A DNA stretch of 64,000 nucleotides from a virus, in IMG/VR virus record IMGVR_UViG_3300020200_000014, positions 21,059 through 85,058 of that record; one strand, written 5' to 3'. The notes beneath the pieces are model-generated. The model was not told the DNA's origin, ran no database searches, and worked only from the letters and a program-made list of their open reading frames with translations. The position numbers and the translations under genes were made by a program. Of this stretch, positions 29,933 through 39,803 are shown piece by piece (the stretch's first letter is position 1; the number at the start of each line of letters is the position of its first letter).

Positions 29933-30496
29933 ATGTCAATAAAAAACTGTGATGGAACAATGTATAAAGTTAACGGTTCAATGACTTCTTTTGATCCTTT
30001 TTCACAAGAGCAAGAACTTTTTAACCAATGGGATGCAGAAATAATACAATTCGGAGGATCGCCTATATTTTATTATGAATTGCTAATTCAACGTAATACA
30101 ATTGACCCGTTATTAAGGGAAGATAGGGGCAAGATATATTCAATCGATCCAGTATGTCTTTATACAATTTACGATCCAGTTCCGTCTCAAAATTATATGA
30201 ATATGTATGGCATGGATAGCCCTGACGATATTAAATTTGAACTTAATTATAGACAAGTGCTTAAGAAATTGGGGCATCCTCCAAAAATTGGTTCAAGATT
30301 GTTTACTCCTCATAAAAGAGAAAATTGGGAAATTATTCAAAGATCATTAGGCGATTTTAAGTTTTGGAATGAAGGTTTGACATTAATTCTTATTTGTCAG
30401 AGATTTCAGGAAAGCACAACATCTAATGATGGCAATGCTACACAATCTGTGCCTAAATATACAATTAATGGAAGTGAATTATTTACTCCTCCTTAG
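29933..30496 (+). CDS. Neck / head-closure protein (gp14-like)
   Basis: D.E.IQFGG.PIFYY...IDPL..EDR..IY; context beside gp13 and gp15. Confidence 0.7.
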   Translation: MSIKNCDGTMYKVNGSMTSFDPFSQEQELFNQWDAEIIQFGGSPIFYYELLIQRNTIDPLLREDRGKIYSIDPVCLYTIYDPVPSQNYMNMYGMDSPDDIKFELNYRQVLKKLGHPPKIGSRLFTPHKRENWEIIQRSLGDFKFWNEGLTLILICQRFQESTTSNDGNATQSVPKYTINGSELFTPP

Positions 30497-31234
30497 GAAG
30501 ATAGTCTTTTTTTTCTTAAGATGTTTATCTAGTTCTTTTTTGTTGGAAACACGACTTAGAACTTTATATTTGTCATCAAACATATTGCCTTTATGATCTT
30601 TCCAGGATTTTTCAGCAAATTTGCCTATATTTGCTTCTAATTCGCTTCTTTCTTTTGCTTCCTGTTCTGTCATTTCTTTGATTTTATATTCAATTTTTTT
30701 GGGCACTATAAGAATTTGTGCATAAGGATTGTTTTTCTTAAATATATGGGTTTGTCCAGGAGCAGGTATTTTAAACACTATAAAAAATATTTTGGGCCAC
30801 CATTCAGTTTGCAAATGTCCTGGAACAACACACGGCACTGACCATGTTTGATCTGTAAAATAGCTTGGATGTGGTTCTAATCTTAAAACATATCCAGGTG
30901 GGACTTTTATATCTAAACATGAAGTAAAGCCATAAAAGCCAGGTGCAAAATTATCAAAAGGAGGCCATGCGTGACTTCCTGGCCTTTCTTTTTCCCAATC
31001 ACCTTGCACTTTGGCCAATCCATTTTCATTAATTATGTGACATTCTGTATCAAAAGGATATAAAAGTTCAAGTGCATATGTAGCACCATCTACGAAAGGA
31101 GGGCAATACCAAGGTTGAGGTTTATCGCCATCTTTATGTTCATTATCTTCACCTGCCCAACCTGGAATCTTTAATTTAATAGGTTGTGGTGGTAAATACT
31201 TATACCAACCTCTATAAGTAATTTCAATTTCCAC
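30479..31234 (-). CDS. Hypothetical protein (DUF6065-like beta-clip)
   Basis: CPPF, PPGY.L, PG.LQTEWWP, PYAQIL.VP motifs. Confidence 0.55.
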   Translation of the reverse strand: MEIEITYRGWYKYLPPQPIKLKIPGWAGEDNEHKDGDKPQPWYCPPFVDGATYALELLYPFDTECHIINENGLAKVQGDWEKERPGSHAWPPFDNFAPGFYGFTSCLDIKVPPGYVLRLEPHPSYFTDQTWSVPCVVPGHLQTEWWPKIFFIVFKIPAPGQTHIFKKNNPYAQILIVPKKIEYKIKEMTEQEAKERSELEANIGKFAEKSWKDHKGNMFDDKYKVLSRVSNKKELDKHLKKKKTIFLRRSK

Positions 31235-31263
31235 ATTAATATAATAGTACAAAGGAAAACCTT

Positions 31264-32187
31264 ATGACCAATATGAAAGATGTAAACAATGAAAAGTCAT
31301 TGAACGACTGCATTGCTCCCATACAAACTAATTCTGACAATATTGATCCAGTTCCACAACGTTGTGCTGATGATTGTTGGCCTAATCAAAAGAGAGTGGC
31401 AGAAACACCGGAGCAGGCATGGGAAGCACAACCTAGTTTAAATAAACTTGGGATAGGGCAACAGGGCAATTGTGACCCTTTCATGACTGGTCAATCAATA
31501 AATGATTTAGATACACCTAGCAGGGAAATGCTTTATCGTACTTCTAACGCTTTGAGGGGTGCTGACGAAGCCATATGGGATTTGTTTAGAAATATTTATG
31601 TTAAAGACGAAAATGGCAAAGCCCATTTAGTACCTATTTTGCATGCATCTCAAGAACGTGCTGTAGAGGCTATATTGCAGGATAACGTTAGGAAGGACGA
31701 TTCTTTGGTGGTTGACAGAATTAGACTTCCTATTATGGCATTTTGGGCTAATGGTTATGCACCTGCAAGGGAAAGGTTCATGTATCAATGGGCTTATAGT
31801 ACAGACCCAGGTATTGGTTTTACTATAAGGGAGAAGTTTGAGGAAGACACGGTATTTGGGGCTACAGTTGGTGTGCCAATAGATATAAATTATACTTTAT
31901 ATGTTTGGACCAAATATATCTACGATGCCCAACAGATTCTAGAAGCTGTGCGATTAAAATTTTCACCAGTTGCATACCTAAGAATAAGGGGGGTTTGGTG
32001 GGAGGTAATAGTTACTTTGGATAGCATAGGCAACAATATCGATGTTGAGCCTGGTAATGAAAAGCCAAGAGTAATTAAATATGAATTCAAAATGACAGCG
32101 CAGTCTTACATTCCTCAACCATTGTTAAGAGTTAAAGGTAGAGCAGCGTTGCCAGATTGCGAAGCGTCTCCTTGCCCAGAAGTTTAA
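31264..32187 (+). CDS. Tail terminator / sheath stabilizer (gp15-like)
   Basis: VPI..ASQER, RLPIMA, VPIDINYTLYVWTKY..D..QILE. Confidence 0.85.
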   Translation: MTNMKDVNNEKSLNDCIAPIQTNSDNIDPVPQRCADDCWPNQKRVAETPEQAWEAQPSLNKLGIGQQGNCDPFMTGQSINDLDTPSREMLYRTSNALRGADEAIWDLFRNIYVKDENGKAHLVPILHASQERAVEAILQDNVRKDDSLVVDRIRLPIMAFWANGYAPARERFMYQWAYSTDPGIGFTIREKFEEDTVFGATVGVPIDINYTLYVWTKYIYDAQQILEAVRLKFSPVAYLRIRGVWWEVIVTLDSIGNNIDVEPGNEKPRVIKYEFKMTAQSYIPQPLLRVKGRAALPDCEASPCPEV

Positions 32188-34094
32188 TGAAAAATTCAAT
32201 TAATACTAATAATGTTCTTTTAATTGGTTTTGCTGAAAAGGGACCGATTGAGACACCTATTTTGATTAAAGATTTAGATCAACTTAAATCAACTTTGGGT
32301 TTTCCTCATTCAGACTCTTATTTGTTTTATACAGCTGAGCAATTATTGTCTTCAGAAGAGAATATTTATATTTATAGGGTTAATACTAAGGAAGAAACAG
32401 CTAATATTCCTGTTCCTGGCATGGATAATATAATAAAGATTCATTCTAAAGTCCGTGGCCCTTATATTTTTAATACAAATCAATTTTTTAAATGGAAATT
32501 AAATGGTGTTCTTGCTAATAAACCTTTGGTTGTTTTGATGACAGATAAGGATGGTATTAGTGCAAAACAATTAGCAGATGAGTTAAATGATCAATTAACG
32601 AGAAGGGACGGAATTGAATTTTATGTTCACGATGATGATTTTATAGCTGTAAGGACTACAAACCCATTAAAAAACGAATTGGAATTAGTTTCTATTCAAA
32701 ATTCCATGTGTGGGCCTTGGGGGTCGATTGGTTTTGGCTATGAAATGAAGCCAGCTATTAAAGTAAGTTCAAAAGATTATGTTTCTTTTAGTAATTGTGA
32801 GCATTTGTTCTTGCAAATCATAGTAAGTGGAAGTGGCTATGAAAATATAGATGGTAAAATACAAATAGTAAATTTAGATGAACTAGACAGAAGAAAAAAT
32901 AGTGTAAACGACATAATTGATTATATTAACAAAGTAGAGATTCCTTCTTTGCCAGGAGGATGGACGGCTTTTAATTCAGAAGGAAAATTGGGATTTAAAA
33001 CAACTTTTGCTGGAAAAGATGCATCTATACGCATTAGACCTACAAAGCTATCTACAGTTCTTGGTTTCGACACCATAGAAGCTACAGGAAATAGCCCTAA
33101 AAATGATGCAATATTTTTGGGGTCCAAAAATTCAAGTGATGAGTCTTTTTTAGTTTATGCAGACAGTGCTGGAGAAGATGGAAATTCTACAAGAATAACA
33201 ATAGTTAATGATGAAAACACTTTTAACATAAGTGTTTATAACAAAGGATTGCTGGTTGAATCTTGGGGGCAATTAAGCAAGAATCCAAATGATAGATTTT
33301 ACGTTGAATCTTTTATAAATTCATTTTCTAATTGGATAAGAATTAAAGATAACGCTAAAAACAATACTTCACCCAAGAGTGGAACTTATAAGTTAATTTC
33401 CAATAAAAACATAAATTCTTTAGACAAGTCTTCAAAGAATGATATTTTGCTTAAAAGCATAAAGAATATCTTTGAAAAAGAGAAGATATCATTTGATATC
33501 ATTTGTGTTCCAGGGTTCTTTTCCCACGAAGTTGCTGAATGCTTAATTGCAGAATGTGAAAAGAGGCAAGATTGTTTGGCTATTATTGATACTGAGTTAG
33601 GATCAGAATTAGATTGCAATTTGAGTTCTAGCAATTATGGAGCGGTGTTTGGTCCTTGGGTAAAGGCGACTGATATTTATAACAAAACTAATATTTGGTT
33701 GCCGCCATCAGGAGTAGTGATATCGAACATATTAAGTTCTTTGCCATACAAGTTAATCCCTGGTATTCTTGATGTTTTCTCAGAAGAAACTTTTAGCTCT
33801 AATGTTAATCAGATTATTTTTTCCAAAAATAGCAGAAGCTTCATGTTAAGAACTCAAAATGTTCTATCAGGCATCAGAATAAATGAAATAAAAAAATTAA
33901 TAAATTTGAAAAAGCAATTGAATTTAGCTTTAAATAATGAAGAAATTAGCAAAAAATTATCCGAAGTTTACGGATATATATTGAAACAGTTGGATATTCG
34001 AGTTGAATGGATTAAATTAGAAATAGGTAAAAATTCAGCTAGTTTAATTTTTAAATGGATGGGAAGAGAATTTAGGTTAAATTTTAATATATAA
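32187..34094 (+). CDS. Tail sheath-like protein (divergent C-terminus)
   Basis: LIGFAEKGPIETP, DIICVPG, CE.RQDCLAIID, FGPWVK..D, WLPPSG. Confidence 0.75.
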   Translation: MKNSINTNNVLLIGFAEKGPIETPILIKDLDQLKSTLGFPHSDSYLFYTAEQLLSSEENIYIYRVNTKEETANIPVPGMDNIIKIHSKVRGPYIFNTNQFFKWKLNGVLANKPLVVLMTDKDGISAKQLADELNDQLTRRDGIEFYVHDDDFIAVRTTNPLKNELELVSIQNSMCGPWGSIGFGYEMKPAIKVSSKDYVSFSNCEHLFLQIIVSGSGYENIDGKIQIVNLDELDRRKNSVNDIIDYINKVEIPSLPGGWTAFNSEGKLGFKTTFAGKDASIRIRPTKLSTVLGFDTIEATGNSPKNDAIFLGSKNSSDESFLVYADSAGEDGNSTRITIVNDENTFNISVYNKGLLVESWGQLSKNPNDRFYVESFINSFSNWIRIKDNAKNNTSPKSGTYKLISNKNINSLDKSSKNDILLKSIKNIFEKEKISFDIICVPGFFSHEVAECLIAECEKRQDCLAIIDTELGSELDCNLSSSNYGAVFGPWVKATDIYNKTNIWLPPSGVVISNILSSLPYKLIPGILDVFSEETFSSNVNQIIFSKNSRSFMLRTQNVLSGIRINEIKKLINLKKQLNLALNNEEISKKLSEVYGYILKQLDIRVEWIKLEIGKNSASLIFKWMGREFRLNFNI

Positions 34095-34108
34095 AAGAAA
34101 GGAAACAT

Positions 34109-34813
34109 ATGGAAATAAATTTTGACGATGCTCCTGGTATTCTCCAAAACTCTCCACAACCAATGGGTCTTGGCCCTATAGGAAACAGCGACAATATATT
34201 TAAGAGAAAATTTCGTTGGACAATGGAAATTGGGTATTGCATTAAAGATATCGTGGTTGCCGGAGTCGTAGTGGACAAGGCACCATTGTATAGTATTCCA
34301 AAAACATTCGTTAAAGTTGGCGCTCGTCCACAGATAGATTTTGATGAAACCCAAATTGATTTCTTAAATGGTCGTATGTGGCTTCCAGGCAAGGGTGTTT
34401 TCCAAACAATGGCAGTTACTTACTATGATGTAACTACTGCTTCCTTAGCCAACAACTTATTTGGATGGATTGCATCTGTTTATAATATTTATGATCCATG
34501 TTATTTGCAAATGGGATCAAGAGTTGGCGATTACCAAGGCGTTGCGAAGCTTTATTTATATGATGGTTGCGGTAATGCACTTGAGGGCTGGATGTTGCAG
34601 AACGTTTGGCCACAATCAGTTAATTTTGGCGATTTAGACATGGGTTCTGATGAAGTTTGCACAGTAGAATTAACTTTGAGATACACTAACGTTCAATATT
34701 GCTCTTTCTGCCCGAATTCTACACCAAACTTCTGTGAATGCACTGGTTGCCCATCTCCGTTGCCATCTAATTACGAACCTTGCACTGTCGATATTGTTGG
34801 GGATTGCACATAA
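34109..34813 (+). CDS. Tail tube protein (gp19-like)
   Basis: FKRKFRW, ARPQI, LPGK, YDGCGN, WPQSVNFGDLD, LTLRY; downstream of the sheath gene. Confidence 0.85.
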   Translation: MEINFDDAPGILQNSPQPMGLGPIGNSDNIFKRKFRWTMEIGYCIKDIVVAGVVVDKAPLYSIPKTFVKVGARPQIDFDETQIDFLNGRMWLPGKGVFQTMAVTYYDVTTASLANNLFGWIASVYNIYDPCYLQMGSRVGDYQGVAKLYLYDGCGNALEGWMLQNVWPQSVNFGDLDMGSDEVCTVELTLRYTNVQYCSFCPNSTPNFCECTGCPSPLPSNYEPCTVDIVGDCT

Positions 34814-34836
34814 TTATTTTACCAAAATTTACTATG

Positions 34837-34873
34837 AGAAGAGGCATAGCTACTATGTCTCTTCTTTTTTTTT
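34837..34873 (+). terminator. Intrinsic terminator
   Basis: agaagaggcatag-cta-ctatgtctcttct followed by a T-run. Confidence 0.8.
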
Positions 34874-34881
34874 GGAGTTAT

Positions 34882-35574
34882 ATGGAAAAGATGAATTTTT
34901 TTGCTCATCCTGAGTGGAGTAGTGATGGAGTTGATTTAAATAATCGAATTTGTATTAAGCAAAAGAATAGATGGAAATTTATAATTCCGTGTATTTCAGC
35001 AAATGGTGTTTCTTCATTACCTCCTGCAAAAGTAAGCAGACCGACATTATCATTTAAAGAAATAACTGCTGAACATTTAAATGAAACTATTTATTTCCCT
35101 TCCAAGCCTGATTTTAAGCCAATTTCTTTAACATTGTATGATATTAGAAAGCCAACAGAAAATCCTGTGTTTAGTTGGATAAAAAGAGTTTATAATCCGG
35201 CTGAATGTGCTTATTGGCGTCCTCCTTTGGGTGGTGGAACAGTAACCCCAGATTTGCCAAGTTTGAAATGCGCACAAGCATTTTTAGTTTATTTTGATGG
35301 ATGCGGCAATATAATCGACAGATGGGTATTTGAACACATTTGGCCACAACAGGCAGAATTTGCAGAGGGAGACATGTCAGATTCTAATATTGTTTATTGT
35401 GATGTTACATTGAGGTTCGATAGAGCATATATTTGTCTTAACGAAACATCTTTGCCTGATTTTGGGACACTACCATCTAATTTAAATTGTTCCGTGACAT
35501 CTGGGTTTGCGATGGCAGATTATTCACCTGTGCCCGAACCAGAATTTATAACTATTAGAAATTTTCAAAATTGA
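34882..35574 (+). CDS. Tail tube-like protein (gp19/gp54-like paralog)
   Basis: KQKNRW, SRP.LSF, FPSKP, FDGCGN, WPQ, VTLRFDRAY. Confidence 0.75.
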   Translation: MEKMNFFAHPEWSSDGVDLNNRICIKQKNRWKFIIPCISANGVSSLPPAKVSRPTLSFKEITAEHLNETIYFPSKPDFKPISLTLYDIRKPTENPVFSWIKRVYNPAECAYWRPPLGGGTVTPDLPSLKCAQAFLVYFDGCGNIIDRWVFEHIWPQQAEFAEGDMSDSNIVYCDVTLRFDRAYICLNETSLPDFGTLPSNLNCSVTSGFAMADYSPVPEPEFITIRNFQN

Positions 35575-35598
35575 GGTATTTAGTTACTATTATACTAT

Positions 35599-35826
35599 AT
35601 GGGAAAAAGTCTAATTGAAGTGTTAGAGCAGCAAGAACTTATACAAAAATTGATAGACAATGGTTATGGGGAGTTAGTAGATGCTTTATTAAGTCATGAA
35701 GGCAGCACATTTACAAAGGGTGAAAGATTAAATAAAAGTGGCACTTGTAGAGTTTTAGGTTGGAAAACCAAGAAACTAGAGGATACATTGGCTGCTTGTC
35801 GTAAAGTCTTAGAAAATGATTTTTAA
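35599..35826 (+). CDS. Small HTH-like protein
   Basis: RLNKSGTCRVLGWK. Confidence 0.55.
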   Translation: MGKSLIEVLEQQELIQKLIDNGYGELVDALLSHEGSTFTKGERLNKSGTCRVLGWKTKKLEDTLAACRKVLENDF

Positions 35827-36362
35827 GTATTGAAACGGTCTTTATTGTTAGAAATTTTAGATTTACCTTTGTTTTTGTGATTGACTAGTGCAGGTTCTTT
35901 AGCTTGTAAATGTACTCCAAACTTACGCTTAAATTCATTGTAATTTTTAGCTCCTCTATATAACTGCCTGTAATGATTCAAAATACAGGTGGTCATGTAG
36001 TTGAATGCTTTTCCCTTTATTGGGTCGAAACGGTCTATTTTCTGCATGCAAATGATTACGAATTCCTGAATTGCTTCTTCTACTTCAACAAAGTTATATT
36101 TCCTATATCTGATGATGTTTTCTGCTAATTTGAAGAATGCATTAATTAATTGTCCTTCTATATCTTCGTAATGTATACATAATATTCTATATTCTTCATT
36201 TTTTACGCTAATTATTTCATCTCTTTCAGGTGTAGCGTTTCTTTTTTGGGCTAATAATAAATCCTCTAATATTAGTTCGTATTTTACTTTATCTTGCTTG
36301 GATTGCTTAAACTTAGCAATATTAGCTTCAAAGAGTTTATTGTCTAAATAATGTGCCTTCAC
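35823..36362 (-). CDS. Late sigma factor (T4 gp55-like)
   Basis: HYLDNK, KLAENI, FDP.KGKAFNYMT motifs; TATAAATA-like promoters occur in the window. Confidence 0.8.
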   Translation of the reverse strand: MKAHYLDNKLFEANIAKFKQSKQDKVKYELILEDLLLAQKRNATPERDEIISVKNEEYRILCIHYEDIEGQLINAFFKLAENIIRYRKYNFVEVEEAIQEFVIICMQKIDRFDPIKGKAFNYMTTCILNHYRQLYRGAKNYNEFKRKFGVHLQAKEPALVNHKNKGKSKISNNKDRFNT

Positions 36363-36377
36363 TTATTCCTTTATATT

Positions 36378-36554
36378 ATGAAAAACCTCTACGAAATATT
36401 AACTAATATAGTTATATGTCCAACAATCCCCAAAAATTACAGGGAATTAAAGGAATATTATTTAAATTATAAACTTACTAATGAATCTGAGGCTATAAGT
36501 CTTTTGGAGAAAAAGTATGGAATTAACAGTTCAGATTCTACAAAACCCGAATGA
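36378..36554 (+). CDS. Hypothetical protein
   Basis: ORF from ATG 36378. Confidence 0.45.
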   Translation: MKNLYEILTNIVICPTIPKNYRELKEYYLNYKLTNESEAISLLEKKYGINSSDSTKPE

Positions 36555-37347
36555 ATCTGTAGATGAAACTATGAAATCATTGGATGGATTGCCAGTTAGA
36601 GTCACAAAGTTTAATTATGGTTTAGATAGAAGCAAATTAATCAATGATTCTGCTGCCAAGTCTAATACTGATTGGCAATTGTATCTGGATTCTTCGGAAG
36701 TTGTTGTATCTGGATTAGATAATTTACAGTTAGCAACCAGTCATATTCAGCTATTGCAAGGTGAAATACTTACCAAACCCATTAGAATATGGAATAAAAA
36801 TCAGCATAAATTCAAAAATCCAGTCTTCGAAACAATAGAAGGAGAGTCAGTTTTTTGTGATATGATTATTTACAAGAAGAAAAATGATGTCGAAACAGGT
36901 TTAGAAACTTGGAAAAAAACAAAAAACTTGTCTGTTGATTATTATTATTATCAAGCTTTAACCAACTTAAAACACAAAAAAACAAAAGAATTTCTAAACT
37001 TAGCTGAATATTATCTTTTTAATTCAAAAGACATAATAAAGTCTACTATGTTGATATATTACATGGCTTTCATCAATCAAGACATTAACAATTTAATATT
37101 TTGTTTGTCTAATCACATATTGATGGCTGAGTTTTGGTGCCTTTTAGGAGATATTTCTTTCAAGAATAATCAGTTTATGAAAGCAATTGCCTTTTATCAG
37201 AATGCTATGATTTTAGGTGGAAGAAGACTAAAAGAGGATAAATGGCCTATGCATATAACAAAATACAAGGAATATCCAGAAAAGATAATAAATGAAATAA
37301 AAGAAATTCAAAATAAATCTAGTTCATTTACAACCACAGTTACTTGA
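36517..37347 (+). CDS. Degenerate glycosyltransferase-like/TPR protein
   Basis: DWQLYLDSSE; C-terminal AEFWCLLGD...KAIAFYQNA TPR. Confidence 0.55.
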   Translation: MELTVQILQNPNESVDETMKSLDGLPVRVTKFNYGLDRSKLINDSAAKSNTDWQLYLDSSEVVVSGLDNLQLATSHIQLLQGEILTKPIRIWNKNQHKFKNPVFETIEGESVFCDMIIYKKKNDVETGLETWKKTKNLSVDYYYYQALTNLKHKKTKEFLNLAEYYLFNSKDIIKSTMLIYYMAFINQDINNLIFCLSNHILMAEFWCLLGDISFKNNQFMKAIAFYQNAMILGGRRLKEDKWPMHITKYKEYPEKIINEIKEIQNKSSSFTTTVT

Positions 37348-37685
37348 TCTTCCCATCTGGTTATAGCAATTTGTTTACGACCATTCGGAAGTTCTTTCAA
37401 TTTCTTTTCTAGATCATTTATATGACAACTGATTACAGACCAATTATTTTCAGTTAATTTAGGGAATTCAAGGTCAGGATTAACGACATCACCCATTCCT
37501 GGAAAATGTTCTTTAAGCTGTCTTACACCATATTTCAATACATCACGATAAAATGGGACATTACAAGGACAACCTGGATTTTGTTCGTATTTAATTATTC
37601 CTTCTTTTAGAATTTCTGGTAGACTTCTTCTAAATTCAGGATTTTGGAGGGCTTGTTTTACTTGTTGTATCGATATTTTTTGCAT
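37308..37685 (-). CDS. Hypothetical protein
   Basis: ORF track; NPGCPCN. Confidence 0.6.
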   Translation of the reverse strand: MQKISIQQVKQALQNPEFRRSLPEILKEGIIKYEQNPGCPCNVPFYRDVLKYGVRQLKEHFPGMGDVVNPDLEFPKLTENNWSVISCHINDLEKKLKELPNGRKQIAITRWEDQVTVVVNELDLF

Positions 37686-37902
37686 GTTTTTTAAATTTAA
37701 TTAACCTACCACAATTAGGACACTTATATCTTTGTTGTTGTTCTATTGTCTTTCCAGGTTGTAATTTTCTATTTTCATCAAATTTAGGAGTAACTGTCAT
37801 TACAGGTGCAGTTGGATGAACTATAAGGTCTTCAGCAACAGGCTTTTCTTCCCATCTACTGAAGTGACAAAACTGACAATATAATCTGTATGGTTTAATC
37901 AT
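37636..37902 (-). CDS. Zn-ribbon protein
   Basis: CQFC...CPNCG. Confidence 0.6.
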   Translation of the reverse strand: MIKPYRLYCQFCHFSRWEEKPVAEDLIVHPTAPVMTVTPKFDENRKLQPGKTIEQQQRYKCPNCGRLIKFKKHAKNIDTTSKTSPPKS

Positions 37903-38209
37903 TTTTTGGTAAATTCACTAAAGTACCAGCCTCAAGATAGTTCATAAATTGAGCCATTAAATTAGATAAAACACTTCCCAGACCAGCAGATAGCACTACG
38001 TATAATAAATTTTCATAATATAATAAACCTAATGCTAAGCCGACCCAAGTTCCACAACATTGATAACATGTAACTATTTGATAAACTTTGCTTCTTAACC
38101 ATCCTCCAGGCTTTCCCAACCAGTCTCTTAAAGGTGCAAAAAGTTTACTATCAACTACAATATGAGTAATGCCAATAACACCTAAAATAAAAAGTAAAAA
38201 ATATTCCAT
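37895..38209 (-). CDS. DUF1360-like membrane protein
   Basis: TM helices; F..LR.W and TCYQCCGTW motifs. Confidence 0.65.
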   Translation of the reverse strand: MEYFLLFILGVIGITHIVVDSKLFAPLRDWLGKPGGWLRSKVYQIVTCYQCCGTWVGLALGLLYYENLLYVVLSAGLGSVLSNLMAQFMNYLEAGTLVNLPKND

Positions 38210-38213
38210 AAAA

Positions 38214-38576
38214 TTATCTCCATGAGGTTAAATATAAATGATCTTTATTTCTACTTATTGTAAAGTTAGTAATATCATTTGATAATTTGCTTGCAATATC
38301 AGAATTCAAATTAAAAGTAACATGTTTAGTTATATTATAATCTATTCTATCAATTATTATAGTGTCACCAAAGTATTCTTTTAATTTTTCTAGATGTTGT
38401 TCGTTTAATGCATTTATCAAATCGATAAGAGATTGAAGTCTCATGGTTCTGAGGAATGAAACTCTTTGGCTTAAAAACCATTGGTCAAATATGTAAGAGA
38501 AGTCATTAAGCAAAAATCTAACTTCTTTATTGTTAAATATAAGTTCCTCAATATTTTTGAGATTTATTGTGAACAT
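38214..38576 (-). CDS. Hypothetical protein
   Basis: ORF track. Confidence 0.55.
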   Translation of the reverse strand: MFTINLKNIEELIFNNKEVRFLLNDFSYIFDQWFLSQRVSFLRTMRLQSLIDLINALNEQHLEKLKEYFGDTIIIDRIDYNITKHVTFNLNSDIASKLSNDITNFTISRNKDHLYLTSWR

Positions 38577-38668
38577 CTACTATATTAACCAAGTAATCGA
38601 AAAATATAAGTTCCTCAATATTTTTGAGATTTATTGTGAACATCTACTATATTAACCAAGTAATCGAA
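38535..38668. repeat. Perfect 67-bp tandem duplication
   Basis: 38535-38601 is identical to 38602-38668. Confidence 0.95.
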
Positions 38669-38682
38669 AGGAAAAATTAAAC

Positions 38683-39612
38683 ATGGCAGATGAAGTTTTT
38701 CGTCAAGTAAATCCAAGCGCACCTCAAATTACAGGAAGAATTCCGCCCAAATTCAAAGAAGTTTTAGCTAAGTCTAGAGGAGAAGGGTCGCAACAATCTA
38801 CTCAACAACCACGAAGGGTTGGGAGTGAAAGTTTAGAAGAAATAATAAGTGCTTTAAATAACAAAATTTATGATGAACTAGAGTTGCCGTCTAGAGGTTT
38901 TTTTTATAAGAATGGATTTGGGCCAGAAGATGGAATTTTGCATATGAGGGCAATGACAGGAGAAGAAGAACAAATTTTAACCACAGAAAGATTAGTTCGA
39001 AATGGCCAAGCTATCAATATGATCTTCGGCAGGTGTTTAAAAGAAAAACAATTCAAACCAGAAAATTTTTTGGTCATTGATAGAACCTATTTGCTAATTT
39101 GGCTACGTGGTATTTCATATGGTACAATGTATGAAGTTGAATTAAAATGTCCAAGCTGTGATAAGAAATTTCCTTTTGCTATTAATTTAGACAGTTTACT
39201 TGTAAGAAAGTGCCCTGATGATTTCAAACCACCATTAGAAGGCAAATTACCAGAAAGCGGCTTGCCTTTCTCATACAAATTGCCTAGTGGTGCTGATGAG
39301 GATTCTGTACAGGAGTTTAAGAAACAACATGAACAGAATTTCCAAGGAGGTTTAGATCAGACTTTATCATGGCGAACAGCTACTTTATTGAATAATATTG
39401 GCAAAGTCACTAGCAAAGAAGAGTTGCATGTATTGCTGAAGCATTTGCCTATTGGAGATGTTAATTATTTGCGAAATTTGGTAAATGATCCACCATTCGG
39501 GGTAGATTCTAAGGTACAAATTACTTGCTCGGAATGTTTCCACGATTTCGAGATAGATTTGCCTTATGAAATAAATTTTTTCTTCCCACGTCCCAAAAAG
39601 GAGCGTGCATAG
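38683..39612 (+). CDS. Baseplate hub / tail assembly protein (gp26-like)
   Basis: LELPSRG.FY, MRAMT..EE.IL, DRTYLLIWLRGISYG, two CxxC, terminal NFFFP. Confidence 0.85.
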   Translation: MADEVFRQVNPSAPQITGRIPPKFKEVLAKSRGEGSQQSTQQPRRVGSESLEEIISALNNKIYDELELPSRGFFYKNGFGPEDGILHMRAMTGEEEQILTTERLVRNGQAINMIFGRCLKEKQFKPENFLVIDRTYLLIWLRGISYGTMYEVELKCPSCDKKFPFAINLDSLLVRKCPDDFKPPLEGKLPESGLPFSYKLPSGADEDSVQEFKKQHEQNFQGGLDQTLSWRTATLLNNIGKVTSKEELHVLLKHLPIGDVNYLRNLVNDPPFGVDSKVQITCSECFHDFEIDLPYEINFFFPRPKKERA

Positions 39613-39629
39613 CTTTTTGGGAGAATATC

Positions 39630-39800
39630 ATGGAAGAACAATTCTTCTTTAAATATCATATGAAAATGTCCAGGGATGAATTTAGGACTTATCCAATTAA
39701 TGAAAGAAGGTGGATGATCAAAAGATTCTTAAAACAAAAAGAACAAGAAGAAAAAGCCTACGAAACAGCTAAGAAAAATGCCAAAAAAGGCAATAAATAA
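39630..39800 (+). CDS. gp51-like small baseplate/tail assembly chaperone (-1 frame relative to gp26)
   Basis: MEEQFFFKYHMKMSRDEFRTYPINERRWMIKRF; frame open from 39570; not in ORF track. Confidence 0.75.
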   Translation: MEEQFFFKYHMKMSRDEFRTYPINERRWMIKRFLKQKEQEEKAYETAKKNAKKGNK

Positions 39801-39803
39801 CAT

